A stretch of 64,000 nucleotides of DNA. Source: Octopus bimaculoides (taxonomy: Eukaryota). The stretch lies in NCBI RefSeq assembly GCF_001194135.2, contig NC_068986.1, forward strand, positions 37,006,582-37,070,581, in the 5' to 3' direction. A program made the translations under genes and the position numbers. The first letter of the stretch is position 1. Each line of letters begins with the position of its first letter. Below, piece by piece: positions 1 to 10,995 of the stretch. Below the pieces are notes generated by a model, which saw only the letters and a program-made list of their open reading frames with translations, made no database searches and was not told where the DNA came from.

Positions 1-41
<41 letters not shown>

Positions 42-1001
42 CAAACAAACATACATACATACATATGTGTACAAACATGCACACACACATACACACATAT
101 ATATATACATACATACATACATACATACACACACATACACTTACGTACCTTATACTTACAAATATGCATACATAAATGTGACAGTAAGTGAATGGGTAAT
201 TGTAGTATCCATGTTTGAGCAAGAGTCAGTCTGTATATGGGAACTGTTTATTGTTTCAAATTTGTCAAACATTCCTGCAGCTGTCTGCAGACGGCTGGAA
301 TTTCAAATGTAAAACCATTCATGATTGTAAAATATCTCTTTATGTATAGAAAACCATATCTCATTGTAACAGTGTGTTTACATCCACATGTGTCTATGGG
401 TGTATGTATGGTGGACTGTGTGTATTTGTGAATGTATAACAAAGTGTAATTATGCATATGCTTATGTGGTATGTATTTATCCGTACATGTAAGTGCACAT
501 GTGACACTGCATATGCATGAATATATGTGTGTGTTTGTTAGTATATACATATATTTGCATATATATTTACACACACACAGTAAGTACATGCTTATGTGTG
601 TCTGCATATATATTTATATATACATACACACACACAAACCTTTTCTCTTTAGTACATATATATGTATGTATGCATATATGTATATATATATATACATATC
701 CTTTCTTTGGATCCCACAACTCCAGAATGAGTTGGAGGGGCTGTGTTGAGACATACAACATGTTTTGAGCACTTTTAAAACCTGGATGAGACAATCTTTC
801 TCTCTGTCTGACTATAACAGAGATCTTCCAAAGAGGAAGACAGGGGAAGAGAAGATGAATTGACCCCTTGAGCCCTCATTCAAAAGGATGAAAAGCAGAG
901 TTGCCTTAGAGAACAACAAGCAAACAAAAATACAGAAAGGCACTCTGTCATATGTGCTAATGACTCTGCCAATTTGATACACACATAAATCATCATATAC
1001 A

Positions 1002-1046
<45 letters not shown>

Positions 1047-1733
1047 CATACATATATACATGCATATACATATATATATATATATATATATANNNNNNNN
1101 NNNNNNNNNNNNNNNNNNNNNNNNNNNNNNNNNNNNNNNNNNNNNNNNNNNNNNNNNNNNNNNNNNNNNNNNNNNNNNNNNNNNNNNNNNNNNNNNNNNN
1201 NNNNNNNNNNNNNNNNNNNNNNNNNNNNNNNNNNNNNNNNNNNNNNNNNNNNNNNNNNNNNNNNNNNNNNNNNNNNNNNNNNNNNNNNNNNNNNNNNNNN
1301 TATATATATATATATATGCAGAGACATTGTAAAATTTTGTTGAAATGTTAAATGAAAAATAATAAAGACAAACAGAATACCCTTTACTTTAAAAAAAAAA
1401 AACCATTCTGATATTCCAGCATGAAAATGCCTTTTTCAAAGTGTGAAAGCAAGCAGAGGAAATAATAGTATTTGGTTTTATCATTTCACAAATACACACA
1501 CACACACACACATTCAATTAATTTATAATTAGTAGTAGATCACTTTCGGCGAATAAATGGGTTAATTAGATGAATTAAAATGTTTCTTGTAGGGTTCATA
1601 TGTCTCCACTTACCACACACACACGAGTGTGTGTGTAAAATGCATGAATATGTATATTTGGATGTTTGTATGTGTGTGTATCAGTGTGCATTTACTCATG
1701 AACAGGTGATGATTTTGTTTTTTTTTTACTTAC

Positions 1734-1901
1734 TGGTACAGTTGGACACTTCAACTGTGTCACCAACACAATCTCTGCCACCCAGTCGCGGAGCTGGGTT
1801 GTCACAAGTACGAGTGCGACACCAGCAGTCATCACCAAGACGATCAGGTCCTACAATTCGACATTGCAACCACTGTGACCAAGGTGACCACTGTCCATCA
1901 A
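1734..1901 (-). CDS. Sema5: Sema5 coding exon 14 (first TSP1 repeat)
   Basis: attttgcag|TT...A|gtaagt; (V)DGQWSPWSQWLQCRIVGPDRLGDDCWCRTRTCDNPAPRLGGRDCVGDTVEVSNCT (WSxWSxW, CxCRxRxC, PAP-GG-C); symmetric phase 1-1 exon. Confidence 0.96.
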
Positions 1902-2090
1902 CTGCAAAATAGAAAGAGAATGAAGATATGTTTAAAAGAAAGTACGAAATACATGATGTACAGTTTATTTATATATTTAACGGAAGCCAAGACACTACTG
2001 CAACCACTTTCAAGCTTCATGCTTGGCAACAGAATGCTAATTGTGATTGTGCAACCCAGAATAATAAGATTCAGTTTGAGGTGTATATAT

Positions 2091-2237
2091 CATCATCATC
2101 ATCATCGTTTAACGTCCGCTTTCCATGCAAGCATGGGTTGGACGATTTGACTGAGGACTGGTGCAACCGGATGGCTACACCAGGCTCCAATCTAATTTGG
2201 CAGAGTTTCTACAGCTGGATGCCCTTCCTAACGCCAA
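2091..2237 (-). mobile_element. Family D 3' fragment, inverted relative to 2261-2642
   Basis: Reverse complement of 2491-2642 with few mismatches. Confidence 0.8.
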
Positions 2238-2260
2238 TATATATATATATATATATATAT

Positions 2261-2642
2261 GCATGTAAAATACACCATTTCAAGCATGGCCATTACCAGT
2301 ACCNNNNNNNNNNNNNNNNNNNNNNNNNNNNNNNNNNNNNNNNNNNNNNNNNNNNNNNNNNNNNNNNNNNNNNNNNNNNNNNNNNNNNNNNNNNNNNNNN
2401 NNNNNNNNNNNNNNNNNNNNNNNNNNNNNNNNCCTGACTGGCCTTTGTGCCGGTGGCATGTAAAAGCACCCACTACACTCTCGGAGTGTTTGGCATTAGG
2501 AAGGGCATCCAGCTGTAGAAACTCTACCAGATCAGATTGGAGCCTGGTGTAGCCATCTGGTTTCACCAGTCCTCAGTCAAATCGTCCAACCCATGCTAGC
2601 ATGGAAAGCGGACGTTAAATGATGATGATAATGATGATGATG
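2261..2642 (+). mobile_element. Short retroelement family D (RTE-type 3' end, ...GGAAAGCGGACGTTAAA(T/C)GATGATG tail)
   Basis: Sequence runs continuously across the N gap (CCAGTACC...CCTGACTGG) and ends in a (GAT)n tail. The RTE affinity is inferred from the tail type. Confidence 0.75.
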
Positions 2643-3460
2643 ATATACATATACCTATATATATATATATATATATATGTAGAGCTGACTAAGAATCCCT
2701 AAATCCAAGAAAATAGGGATTTTTGCAATTGGAAGTTCTTCCTGTCACCAACCTTCACCTGTTTTTGAGGTAAGGTATTCTTATAATCCACAGGTCTTCA
2801 ATAGCACAGAATAACCAGCCATAACACAAACTAGGAATATTAACATCAGCACCACTTCATTTCACGGAATGACAAGTTAGATGTCAATATATAAGTGCTG
2901 TCATACACACACAAACGTGTGCACTCACACAATGATCTTAATATAGTTTCTGTCTAGTAAATTCATCACGAGATACTGGGAGAGTCACAGCAATAGAAGA
3001 AGGGACTTGACCAAAGATACCACATGTAAGTGAAGAACCTGAAACCATGTAGTTTTGAAGAAAATTTATTAATCACACAGCCATACCGACACCCACATAA
3101 TATATAAGTTATTCAAATCTCGCAACAACTTGCAGATTCTCTAACTATTTATATGCAATAATAATGTTATTGAAACACAAAGAATGTTTAGAATTCATCA
3201 AAGCCTTCAATTTTAGCACATTCTCCTCATAAAAGAATAGCATTTGAAATATCAAGCATGATTAACAAAAGCTGTTATGGAATTAAATTTGTCTTTTTTT
3301 TTCTTTTTTTGCATATATGAAACTGTAACTTTTTAATGCACCTTTTGTTTTTATTAACCTTTTCGTATATATATATATATATATCTCATTTGACAACTAA
3401 TAATAAATCTTCTTCAATATATCGATAGTTAACTTGTCAACAACTATTACAAGATATATG

Positions 3461-3520
<60 letters not shown>

Positions 3521-3563
3521 CACANNNNNNNNNNNNNNNNNNNNNNNNNNNNNNNNNNNNNNN

Positions 3564-3604
<41 letters not shown>

Positions 3605-3651
3605 CATATACACACACACACACACACATATATATATACACACACACGCAT

Positions 3652-3690
<39 letters not shown>

Positions 3691-3761
3691 CGCAACTATA
3701 TTATGCCTGCACTTAAATATAGTGTAAATAAATGCCAGTAGAAACATTAGGTTAGATCAAA

Positions 3762-3806
<45 letters not shown>

Positions 3807-3849
3807 GATATTTATTTCATTTCGGAATATGAGTCAAAATGCAGTTTAC

Positions 3850-3986
3850 CTGGTGTCTCCAGAACAGGACATGATGTGATATCCTGAAGCCAAAAGTGAG
3901 TCTCTAGCTGGTTGACTGGTGGTGTTGCACAAGTCTTGTTTATTTTATTCCATGCACAATAGGGATCCCGGGCCTGAAGACACATA
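3850..3986 (-). CDS. Sema5: Sema5 coding exon 13 (PSI domain)
   Basis: caatacag|T...G|gtaaac; (S)MCLQARDPYCAWNKINKTCATPPVNQLETHFWLQDITSCPVLETP (C-x4-DPYC-W PSI motif); phase 2 to 1. Confidence 0.96.
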
Positions 3987-4061
3987 CTGTATTGAATTGG
4001 AAACCAAAACAAAGCACCTTAGCAAAGTTGCAACCGAAAAGTATTAGATAAGTTATAAAGA

Positions 4062-4109
<48 letters not shown>

Positions 4110-4847
4110 CCCCTCCCCATCACTATTCACATCTGAAGATCATTAATCAATTCATTAGTATACTGTAAACATTTGTCATATATCTTTCTCAGAATTCCTT
4201 TTGTCACTTCATTTTATTGGTTTCTATCCATTTCACAAATTAAAAAAATTCTTCCTGAATTCATTATATCAGAACTGAATGTTTGTTGTTCCAATTTCTT
4301 CATTTCTTTTTTTCCACAGCCAGAAGTCTTACTTAATAAGTTATTCATTCAACCATGAAATGAGAATGACATCAATTTTCAACATGATTGACTGAGATGA
4401 GTAGATCAATATACTTTGCCTTAGATCAATATACTCTGCCTCCTGGCAGCACAATGATCATAAAACAGCTTTAAACTTGCATGCATGTGTGTCTGTACAC
4501 AGAAACACATCCACACCCACACACACACACATGGTGTGCTCAAGAGCACTAAAGCAAGCATAGACTAGATAGTCACCAAGTAGTGCTCAGATGTGTCTGA
4601 AACTCAAATGCCAACTCCTTCATCCAGGGCAGGTAGTATCACTGTAAGAAGCCAGCTATAAAAATTATCCTCGTTAAGTGCTAATTACATAACTGCTCAA
4701 TTAAGATCATTCTTATAGCTGACTTCCTGCATTGAAGCTATCTTCCCTGGATAGTTTAAGTCTTGGATTTATTTGAGCAAAACTATAGTGTTCTTCAACA
4801 CACTCTTGATATACATGATACAATCAATCAATCAACTAATCAATGTA

Positions 4848-4892
<45 letters not shown>

Positions 4893-4898
<6 letters not shown>

Positions 4899-5004
4899 CA
4901 TTGTTCAGTTTTATTTCAAGATTTCTTGCCAATAAAGAAAGAGCTGGTTTCTAACCTAGATCCGAGGCTCCTTCATTGGAATTTCAACATCAACAACAAG
5001 GTAT
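4893..5004 (-). mobile_element. Isolated 3' UTR of the same R4/Dong-like element
   Basis: Reverse complement matches 39507-39618 at roughly 90% by eye. Confidence 0.8.
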
Positions 5005-5428
5005 GTATGTATGTATGTATGTATGCATGTAAAATGACTCCTGTCATTATGGTCCTTATTCTAAGTTATTTTCCAATTTTCGTATTTGTCAAGTGGAGAC
5101 AAGTGATAGTGTTTAAGGCTCACAACATTAAGTATGGTAGTTCCTACTTTATACATCTTTCATGCAGACGGCATCCCTGAGAAATTTTTCCCATGTCATT
5201 ATTTCCAACTGCTTAATCAGAAAATGTTTTTGTTTAGCCAAAATTCCATGCTGAATGCTCCCAGTTTTAGTGGAAGTAATGTGTTCTTGGAAATTTTAAC
5301 ATAATGCAAAATCTCCTAACATAGAAATTAATTTTTTTTATTGTAAAATGAGAATCCATTCCAATGGACTTTTCAAAAAAACAACCACTTTTATTCATAT
5401 AGGTAACAATTTCTAAACATATATAGTA

Positions 5429-5578
5429 CAGTATTTTATTGTCTGGGGAGAGTCATTCTGTTTTAATATCCTTATTAATTAACAATAACAATAAGTAAAT
5501 GAGTGGAAATCAAATCAGTGAGTGTGTTAATTAATAAGGCATTGAAACAGAATGACTCTCCTCAGACATAATAAAATA
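5429..5578. mobile_element. Fold-back MITE with about 53-bp inverted arms (pogo/Tigger-like CAGT terminus after TA)
   Basis: 5432-5484 is the near-perfect reverse complement of 5525-5578. TA at 5427-5428 precedes CAGTATTTT; right terminus decayed. Confidence 0.72.
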
Positions 5579-5789
5579 TGCTCCAACAAACGAATTCACA
5601 TAAAGAATCTTGGAAACCAAATACAAAAATAAAATAGTAAAATATGTATGCAGAAAAAATATTTTCAAAGAAATACATTAGGAAATAAATAAGAATTATA
5701 ATATCCTAAGAAGACTCATTCTTATCACAAAAGATATTGACTATATGTGAAGAGTGATGGAGGATGAAGGTTTCTTGCAGGATGAGGAA

Positions 5790-6480
5790 CACTATCTCTT
5801 ATCTTATAGTTCATCATCATCAACATAGGCTTGAGATTGATTTTCATAGAGTGTTATCTCTTTGTACAAATAAGTCTAGAAACTGAGATCACTGTAAGCT
5901 CTTCAATGAAATTTTTTTTTTAATATTATAGTCATGATTAGTGTCATTATTAGTAAAAACTTGCAGGCCTTCTTTAGCAATACTCTTTGCAGTCAATTTA
6001 AGTGGAGTTAGAGGAATTTTTGTATTCTCAGCTTGCTTTTGTTCTATTAGCATCGGCACCTCATTAGTTAAACACTATGGGACACTAGAAACACAACTAC
6101 CTCATTCTCTATGAGTTCTTCAAACCTGACATCATTTTTAGATATCACAGTGTCTTTCCAAATTTGATGTACACTTTCTGCTGATGGAAAATTTATAGAG
6201 TTACAGATACAGTCTGGCCAAATATTTTTCAAAGTACCTTTCAAAAATGAAGACTTCACTTCATCCCATGGATTCAGTAATATTATCCACAACATTCATT
6301 TGTTGAACTTTTCTCAGAAGCTCTAAAACTAGGTTCATCCTACCTGTCAATTTCATAAATTACTTGAAGGTTCTTCTCGAATAATATGACTTGAAGTTAA
6401 CTGTCAATCTTTGATCCACTGGCTGGATTGCAGTTGTAATTTTGGGATGTGTTAACTTCATTATATTTTGTTTTCAAATA
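5790..6480 (-). pseudogene. Decayed pogo/Tigger-type DDE transposase, C-terminal part
   Basis: 6449-6363 reads HPKITTAIQPVDQRLTVNFKSYYSRRTFK, matching the pogo PPNTTSLIQP(L/M)DQG..NFK..Y motif. Downstream PWDEVKSSFLKGTLKNIWPDC resembles the Tigger AWxEV...W..LWP segment. Stops and frameshifts present. Confidence 0.8.
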
Positions 6481-6582
6481 TCCTTTCTTCCCCACCCACT
6501 CTTGGTTAATTTTTCTATAATGGAAAAGCAACAATTTGAATTCATTTACAGAGTTATAAAATCTTTAGGGTTTTTTTTTTAC

Positions 6583-6659
6583 CTCTTGGTTTTTAATCGA
6601 TGACATCTCTCGAATGGTATCTTTATTAAAGTTCTGCTAGTTACAACATAGAGTGCTTT
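6583..6659 (-). CDS. Sema5: Sema5 coding exon 12 (end of Sema, start of PSI)
   Basis: ttttttctttctag|AAA...AG|gtaaaa; KALYVVTSRTLIKIPFERCHRLKTK(S); phase 0 to 2. Confidence 0.93.
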
Positions 6660-6764
6660 CTAGAAAGAAAAAAGCAAGAAAGAACAATAAAAATAAAGGA
6701 AATTACATGCATGCACACACACGCATATAAAGGAGTAAAATCTGAAATCCAAAGAAACTGGTGA

Positions 6765-7600
6765 TGGTCTTTGAAAGAAAGCGCTACAGAGTACAGCATA
6801 AAGTGGAAGATCCTGGAGAAATGCAAACCATACTCCAATAGCAGCAGGAAGTGCAGGTAATGCTTGGTTGAGAAGGGAGTAATTTTAAAGGGTACCCAAT
6901 GCAAGGCTGTTTACCTGAATAGCAGGACTGAGGTGTTTAATCGCTGCCTACATGAAAGGAAGTACATCCTATCATACCTGCACACACCACCATGACTGCA
7001 ACCACAGGTCTCCAGCCTTGACCTCCCACCAATGCACCCATGTACACACATGCACACCCCTATAAGGTAGACACCCCACAAGATCGACTGTCTCCCAACA
7101 CCCCCAACATATACCCCTTCATACACATTGTATCCCTACACATATATAGACCCAACTCACACACACACATTACACATCACACGCTAACATAAAACCCCCC
7201 ACGACTTTAACCATTACAAAAAGAAAACAGTCCAACAAACAGCACACAACAAACGCCGTTATATATACCTACACCCTTGGAAAAATTTATGCATACGACA
7301 CCACTACACACATCACACACCCCATCTCTACAGGAGTGCCACACTTAATAAAGCACACTTTCCCCACAAACACTTCAAGATAACTCTTACCAACCTCATA
7401 ACATAGCCAACCAAGGGACACAATTCCTAACCTAATCCCTTGGCCCTTTTTCGTTCCACCACCATTTTCACAGCAGCAGCAAACCAGTCGTATTAATCCA
7501 CCACCAACAATAGTGAGGAGTTGCCATATTCCCTTCCATATCAGGTGACTCTGATGAGCATAAGGTTATATAATCAGATTGTTACCTAACACTCCATTTT
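6765..7600 (+). mobile_element. Penelope-like retroelement relic (ORF C-terminus plus 3' repeat region)
   Basis: From 6765: WSLKESATEYSIKWKILEKCKPYSNSSRKCR*CLVEKGVIL...YLNSRTEVFNRCLHERKYILS. This matches the W.LK...YSI.W.IL...Y.....C.LC..EK..I...LN.R.E....C.H C-terminus after the GIY-YIG domain of PLEs. Followed by a CA-rich UTR and a CTGATGA hammerhead remnant. Confidence 0.8.
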
Positions 7601-7666
7601 ATTCCTTGTGCAAAATCAATTGGTAAGATCAGTCGTGGTGGATATATAATATTATACATTTTGGAT

Positions 7667-7720
<54 letters not shown>

Positions 7721-8085
7721 CACATACATACATCTGCATCTATATACATATAAATATACATGTATATGTAGGTATTGGTTATAATTTTGTACAACAAGCA
7801 AAAAAATAAGTAATTGCTCGTTAAATATTGTCAAGTGGATATACATTTTTTAAAAAATTAAAGTTGATTTATGAACTGACTGCCAACATAGTCAACATTA
7901 GTAATAATAATAATAATAATGTTAGATCCTGATTTTTAAAATAGATGCACTGTATCTCTGCATGTCATAAGAGCTGTCTTAAAAGGGTTTGTGTCAGGTG
8001 GGGCATCTCAACCTAAAAGACTACCTCTAAAAGCTCTGTCCAGCATGCCATCACAGAAGAGAAAGAAAAAAGAAAGATGATGATG

Positions 8086-8410
8086 ATGATGATAAGGATT
8101 ACATTTTAATAATAATTTTGTGGAGCATAATCTAGTAAAGATAAACAGTATTAAAATGATGATGTTGATGACGATGATGAAGATGAAGACAAGAAGGGTA
8201 ACAGCTATGATGATGACAATAACAGTTACGATAATGGCTTTAACAACGAGACAACAATGATGTTAAGGACAGTGATGATGATGGCTTTTAACATTGAGGA
8301 TGGATAAGGTGACAATAGTAATGATGATGATGATGATGATGGTGATGGCATTAACAGAAATAATGACAATGATGATAGTGATATTGATGATGATAATGGT
8401 GATGGTGATG
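8086..8410 (+). repeat. Degenerate (GAT)n-rich tract
   Basis: GAT/GAC/AAT triplet mosaic in intron 11. Confidence 0.85.
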
Positions 8411-8442
8411 AAAATACTTTATGAAATCTAATATTAACTTAC

Positions 8443-8641
8443 CTCTTCTCTAGATTTTATAATCGAGTTTACAGGTTCGTTTTGTCCCTTTGGAGTGATT
8501 CTGATTTCTTCTAAAATACAACTGAGATTCACTCGAGGAATATGGATCATCTTTTTAATATATCCATCTAAGGTGCCAATGAAGACAACAGAGAACTTTC
8601 CCTTCAGCGTGTAAACTGTATCAGCTATGATATGTGTCCAC
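8443..8641 (-). CDS. Sema5: Sema5 coding exon 11
   Basis: tgtttag|G...GAG|gtaagt; (R)WTHIIADTVYTLKGKFSVVFIGTLDGYIKKMIHIPRVNLSCILEEIRITPKGQNEPVNSIIKSREE; phase 2 to 0. Confidence 0.95.
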
Positions 8642-8766
8642 CTAAACAAGGCAAGTAAGAAGAAAAATTCAAAATAAGTCATTATTTACATTATTTGCAA
8701 TACAAATGCTTTCATACACAAGAAATAATTTACTCGCTTGTTAATAATAATTTATTTACTTATGAA

Positions 8767-9152
8767 GTGGAGACGCAATGGTCTAGTGGTTAGGGCAGCG
8801 GACTCGCGGTCATAGGATCGCGGTTTCGATTCCCAGATCGGGCGTTGTGAGTGTTTATTGAGCAAAAACACCTAAAGCTCCATGAGGCTCTGGCAGGGGA
8901 TGGTGGCGAACCCTGCTGTACTCTTTCACCACAACTTTCTCTCACTCTATCTTCCTGTTTCTGTTGTGCCTGTAATTCAAAGGGCCAGCCTTTGTCACAC
9001 TGTGTCACGCTGAATATCCCCGAGAACTACGTTAAGGGTACACGTGTCTGTGGAGTGCTCAGCCACTTGCACGTTAATTTCACGAGCAGGCTGTTCCGTT
9101 GATCGCATCAACTGGAACCCTCGACGTCGTAAGCGACGGAGTGCCAACAACA
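8767..9152 (+). mobile_element. tRNA-derived SINE, family A, full-length copy
   Basis: Head with A-box TGGTCTAGTGG and B-box GTTTCGATTCC, 3' hairpin CGTCG-TAAG-CGACG and AAC tail. Near-identical to copies at 17206, 19404 and 61498. No clear TSD. Confidence 0.9.
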
Positions 9153-9448
9153 TCCCATATTATTTTCAGTGACACAAACATGTGTGTTTGTGTGTACATG
9201 TATAAGAAAGAGGGGAGTGAATGAAAGTAAAATCTGGTTAAAATGGGTTACATCAGCAATAATTTCTCCAAAGAAGTTTCTAGAAGAGTTTAATATGTTC
9301 ATTTGCTATCAGGAGCAGCACAAAATTTTAATATTTTGGGGGTTTCCCCTTCATCAGAGAGGTTAGGAAGAGACAGATGAAATGATTGGTGTTGGTGATA
9401 GAGGTGATGTGATCATATACAAAGAATATAGTTTAATATTTGACCTAC

Positions 9449-9591
9449 CTCTCACCCACACCCACAAAAGGAGGACGGTTAGTTACTGGCTGAACGGCAT
9501 CGTTCATCATTTGATATTTCTCCGCATCTAGGAGTACTTGTGAGATATGGTTACTAAAGGAACGCTTACTGCTGCTTCCTGGACTGGGACA
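9449..9591 (-). CDS. Sema5: Sema5 coding exon 10
   Basis: gtttcag|TGT...AG|gtaggt; CPSPGSSSKRSFSNHISQVLLDAEKYQMMNDAVQPVTNRPPFVGVGE(R); phase 0 to 2. Confidence 0.94.
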
Positions 9592-9823
9592 CTGAAACAA
9601 CACACAAACACATCATGTATATATATATAAATATATTACTTATATAAACTAAATTTTAGATATACCATTCAGTAGTGATGCATTTTTTTATAATTGTTTT
9701 TATTTTAATTACTCTTATAATTATAATCTAACATTAAATTAAAAGCAATTACTACACAGTCTCCGTTCTATGGAGTTTTACAAAGAAGCAATAAATATGA
9801 TAATTAAAGATGGTATCTTACTC

Positions 9824-9882
<59 letters not shown>

Positions 9883-9900
9883 NNNNNNNNNNNNNNNNNN

Positions 9901-9965
<65 letters not shown>

Positions 9966-10859
9966 TATGAATGCATATGTATATTTATATATGTACATGT
10001 GTGCGTACATATGTATTGTTTACACAATAGAAACTTCAAGAGATATAAAGTGTATCATTTTTAATGGTGTAACCCAAAGCAGATACAGCCATATATAATA
10101 CAGAATAGAATACTGGGTTAACACACCCTAGGATGGAAAAAAAAGTTGAAGGCTACCTGGGGTATTTGAACCAATACCTACTGTAAATATGACAGAAATT
10201 CTAACCAGTATAACAAAACTACCCTTTCAATTTATTCCATCCCTTTGAGAAGTTTTGTTTTTACTAGTAAGAATTGTGTGTTATTTACATTATAAGAATT
10301 TAGAAGATTCAGATCTGAGCCCCAGAATCAAACTTCAACTTTTCTTCATCATGTGGTTTTTAACCCACTATTCTAAATGCTATTACTTATAGCTTTATCT
10401 GTTTCGAGTTACACCATTAAAAATTATAGACTTTACGTCTCTTGAAGTTTCTATTGTGTAAACAATAAATACATATACACATACATACACATACAAATGC
10501 ATACACATACGCACACACATGCATATAAACATTCTACTGTTAAAATTATACACTTCATATCTTGCAAAGTATCTAAATTTTTATTAAGTAAATGACATAC
10601 AATTCTTGTTGGTTAGAGCAAAACATCTAAAATGGAAAGAGAAGATTTGAAGCGTTGCTTAGGTATAATGGCTAAAATGTTTATCATGCATACAGAAGAT
10701 GTAGTTTCAAATCTCACAGGCGGCAAGCTTTTCATTTAAAATTACATTTAAAATCCAAACAATCATCAATATGTTTCACAATAACAGCAAGTTTTCTCTA
10801 TTAAAGAAACCAGTTCCATACTAAACATATAGATTCCATTTTAATAATAGTAGTCATAC

Positions 10860-10995
10860 CTGTGAATCTGCTTTTGGATTTTCCATTTTCATCCATGCTG
10901 TGTTAGCATTCATCTGGTATTTGAAAGCACCAGAGAATGACCGATGGAATGCATGTATATCATATATACAGATAGCTGAACCTGGTATGCTGTTG
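10860..10995 (-). CDS. Sema5: Sema5 coding exon 9
   Basis: gttttcag|C...CAG|gtatga; (D)NSIPGSAICIYDIHAFHRSFSGAFKYQMNANTAWMKMENPKADSQ (GSAICxY and F-G-FK motifs); phase 2 to 0. Confidence 0.96.

Noticed and set aside
1-1733. Next TSP1 exon of Sema5
   Set aside because: No WSxW-type frame with splice sites found; it presumably lies beyond the window edge, though the 1093-1300 gap cannot be read.
1580-1912. 110-aa plus-strand ORF
   Set aside because: Antisense shadow of the GC-richer TSP1 exon 14.
4402-4441. Short tandem duplications (also about 23571-23614 and 30319-30370)
   Set aside because: Two-unit 20-bp slippage duplications, expected by chance in such introns.
8767-8850. tRNA-like sequences at SINE heads (also 12749, 17520, 19720, 33074, 61498)
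   Set aside because: A/B boxes are present but there is no complete cloverleaf, and each continues into a repeated SINE body.
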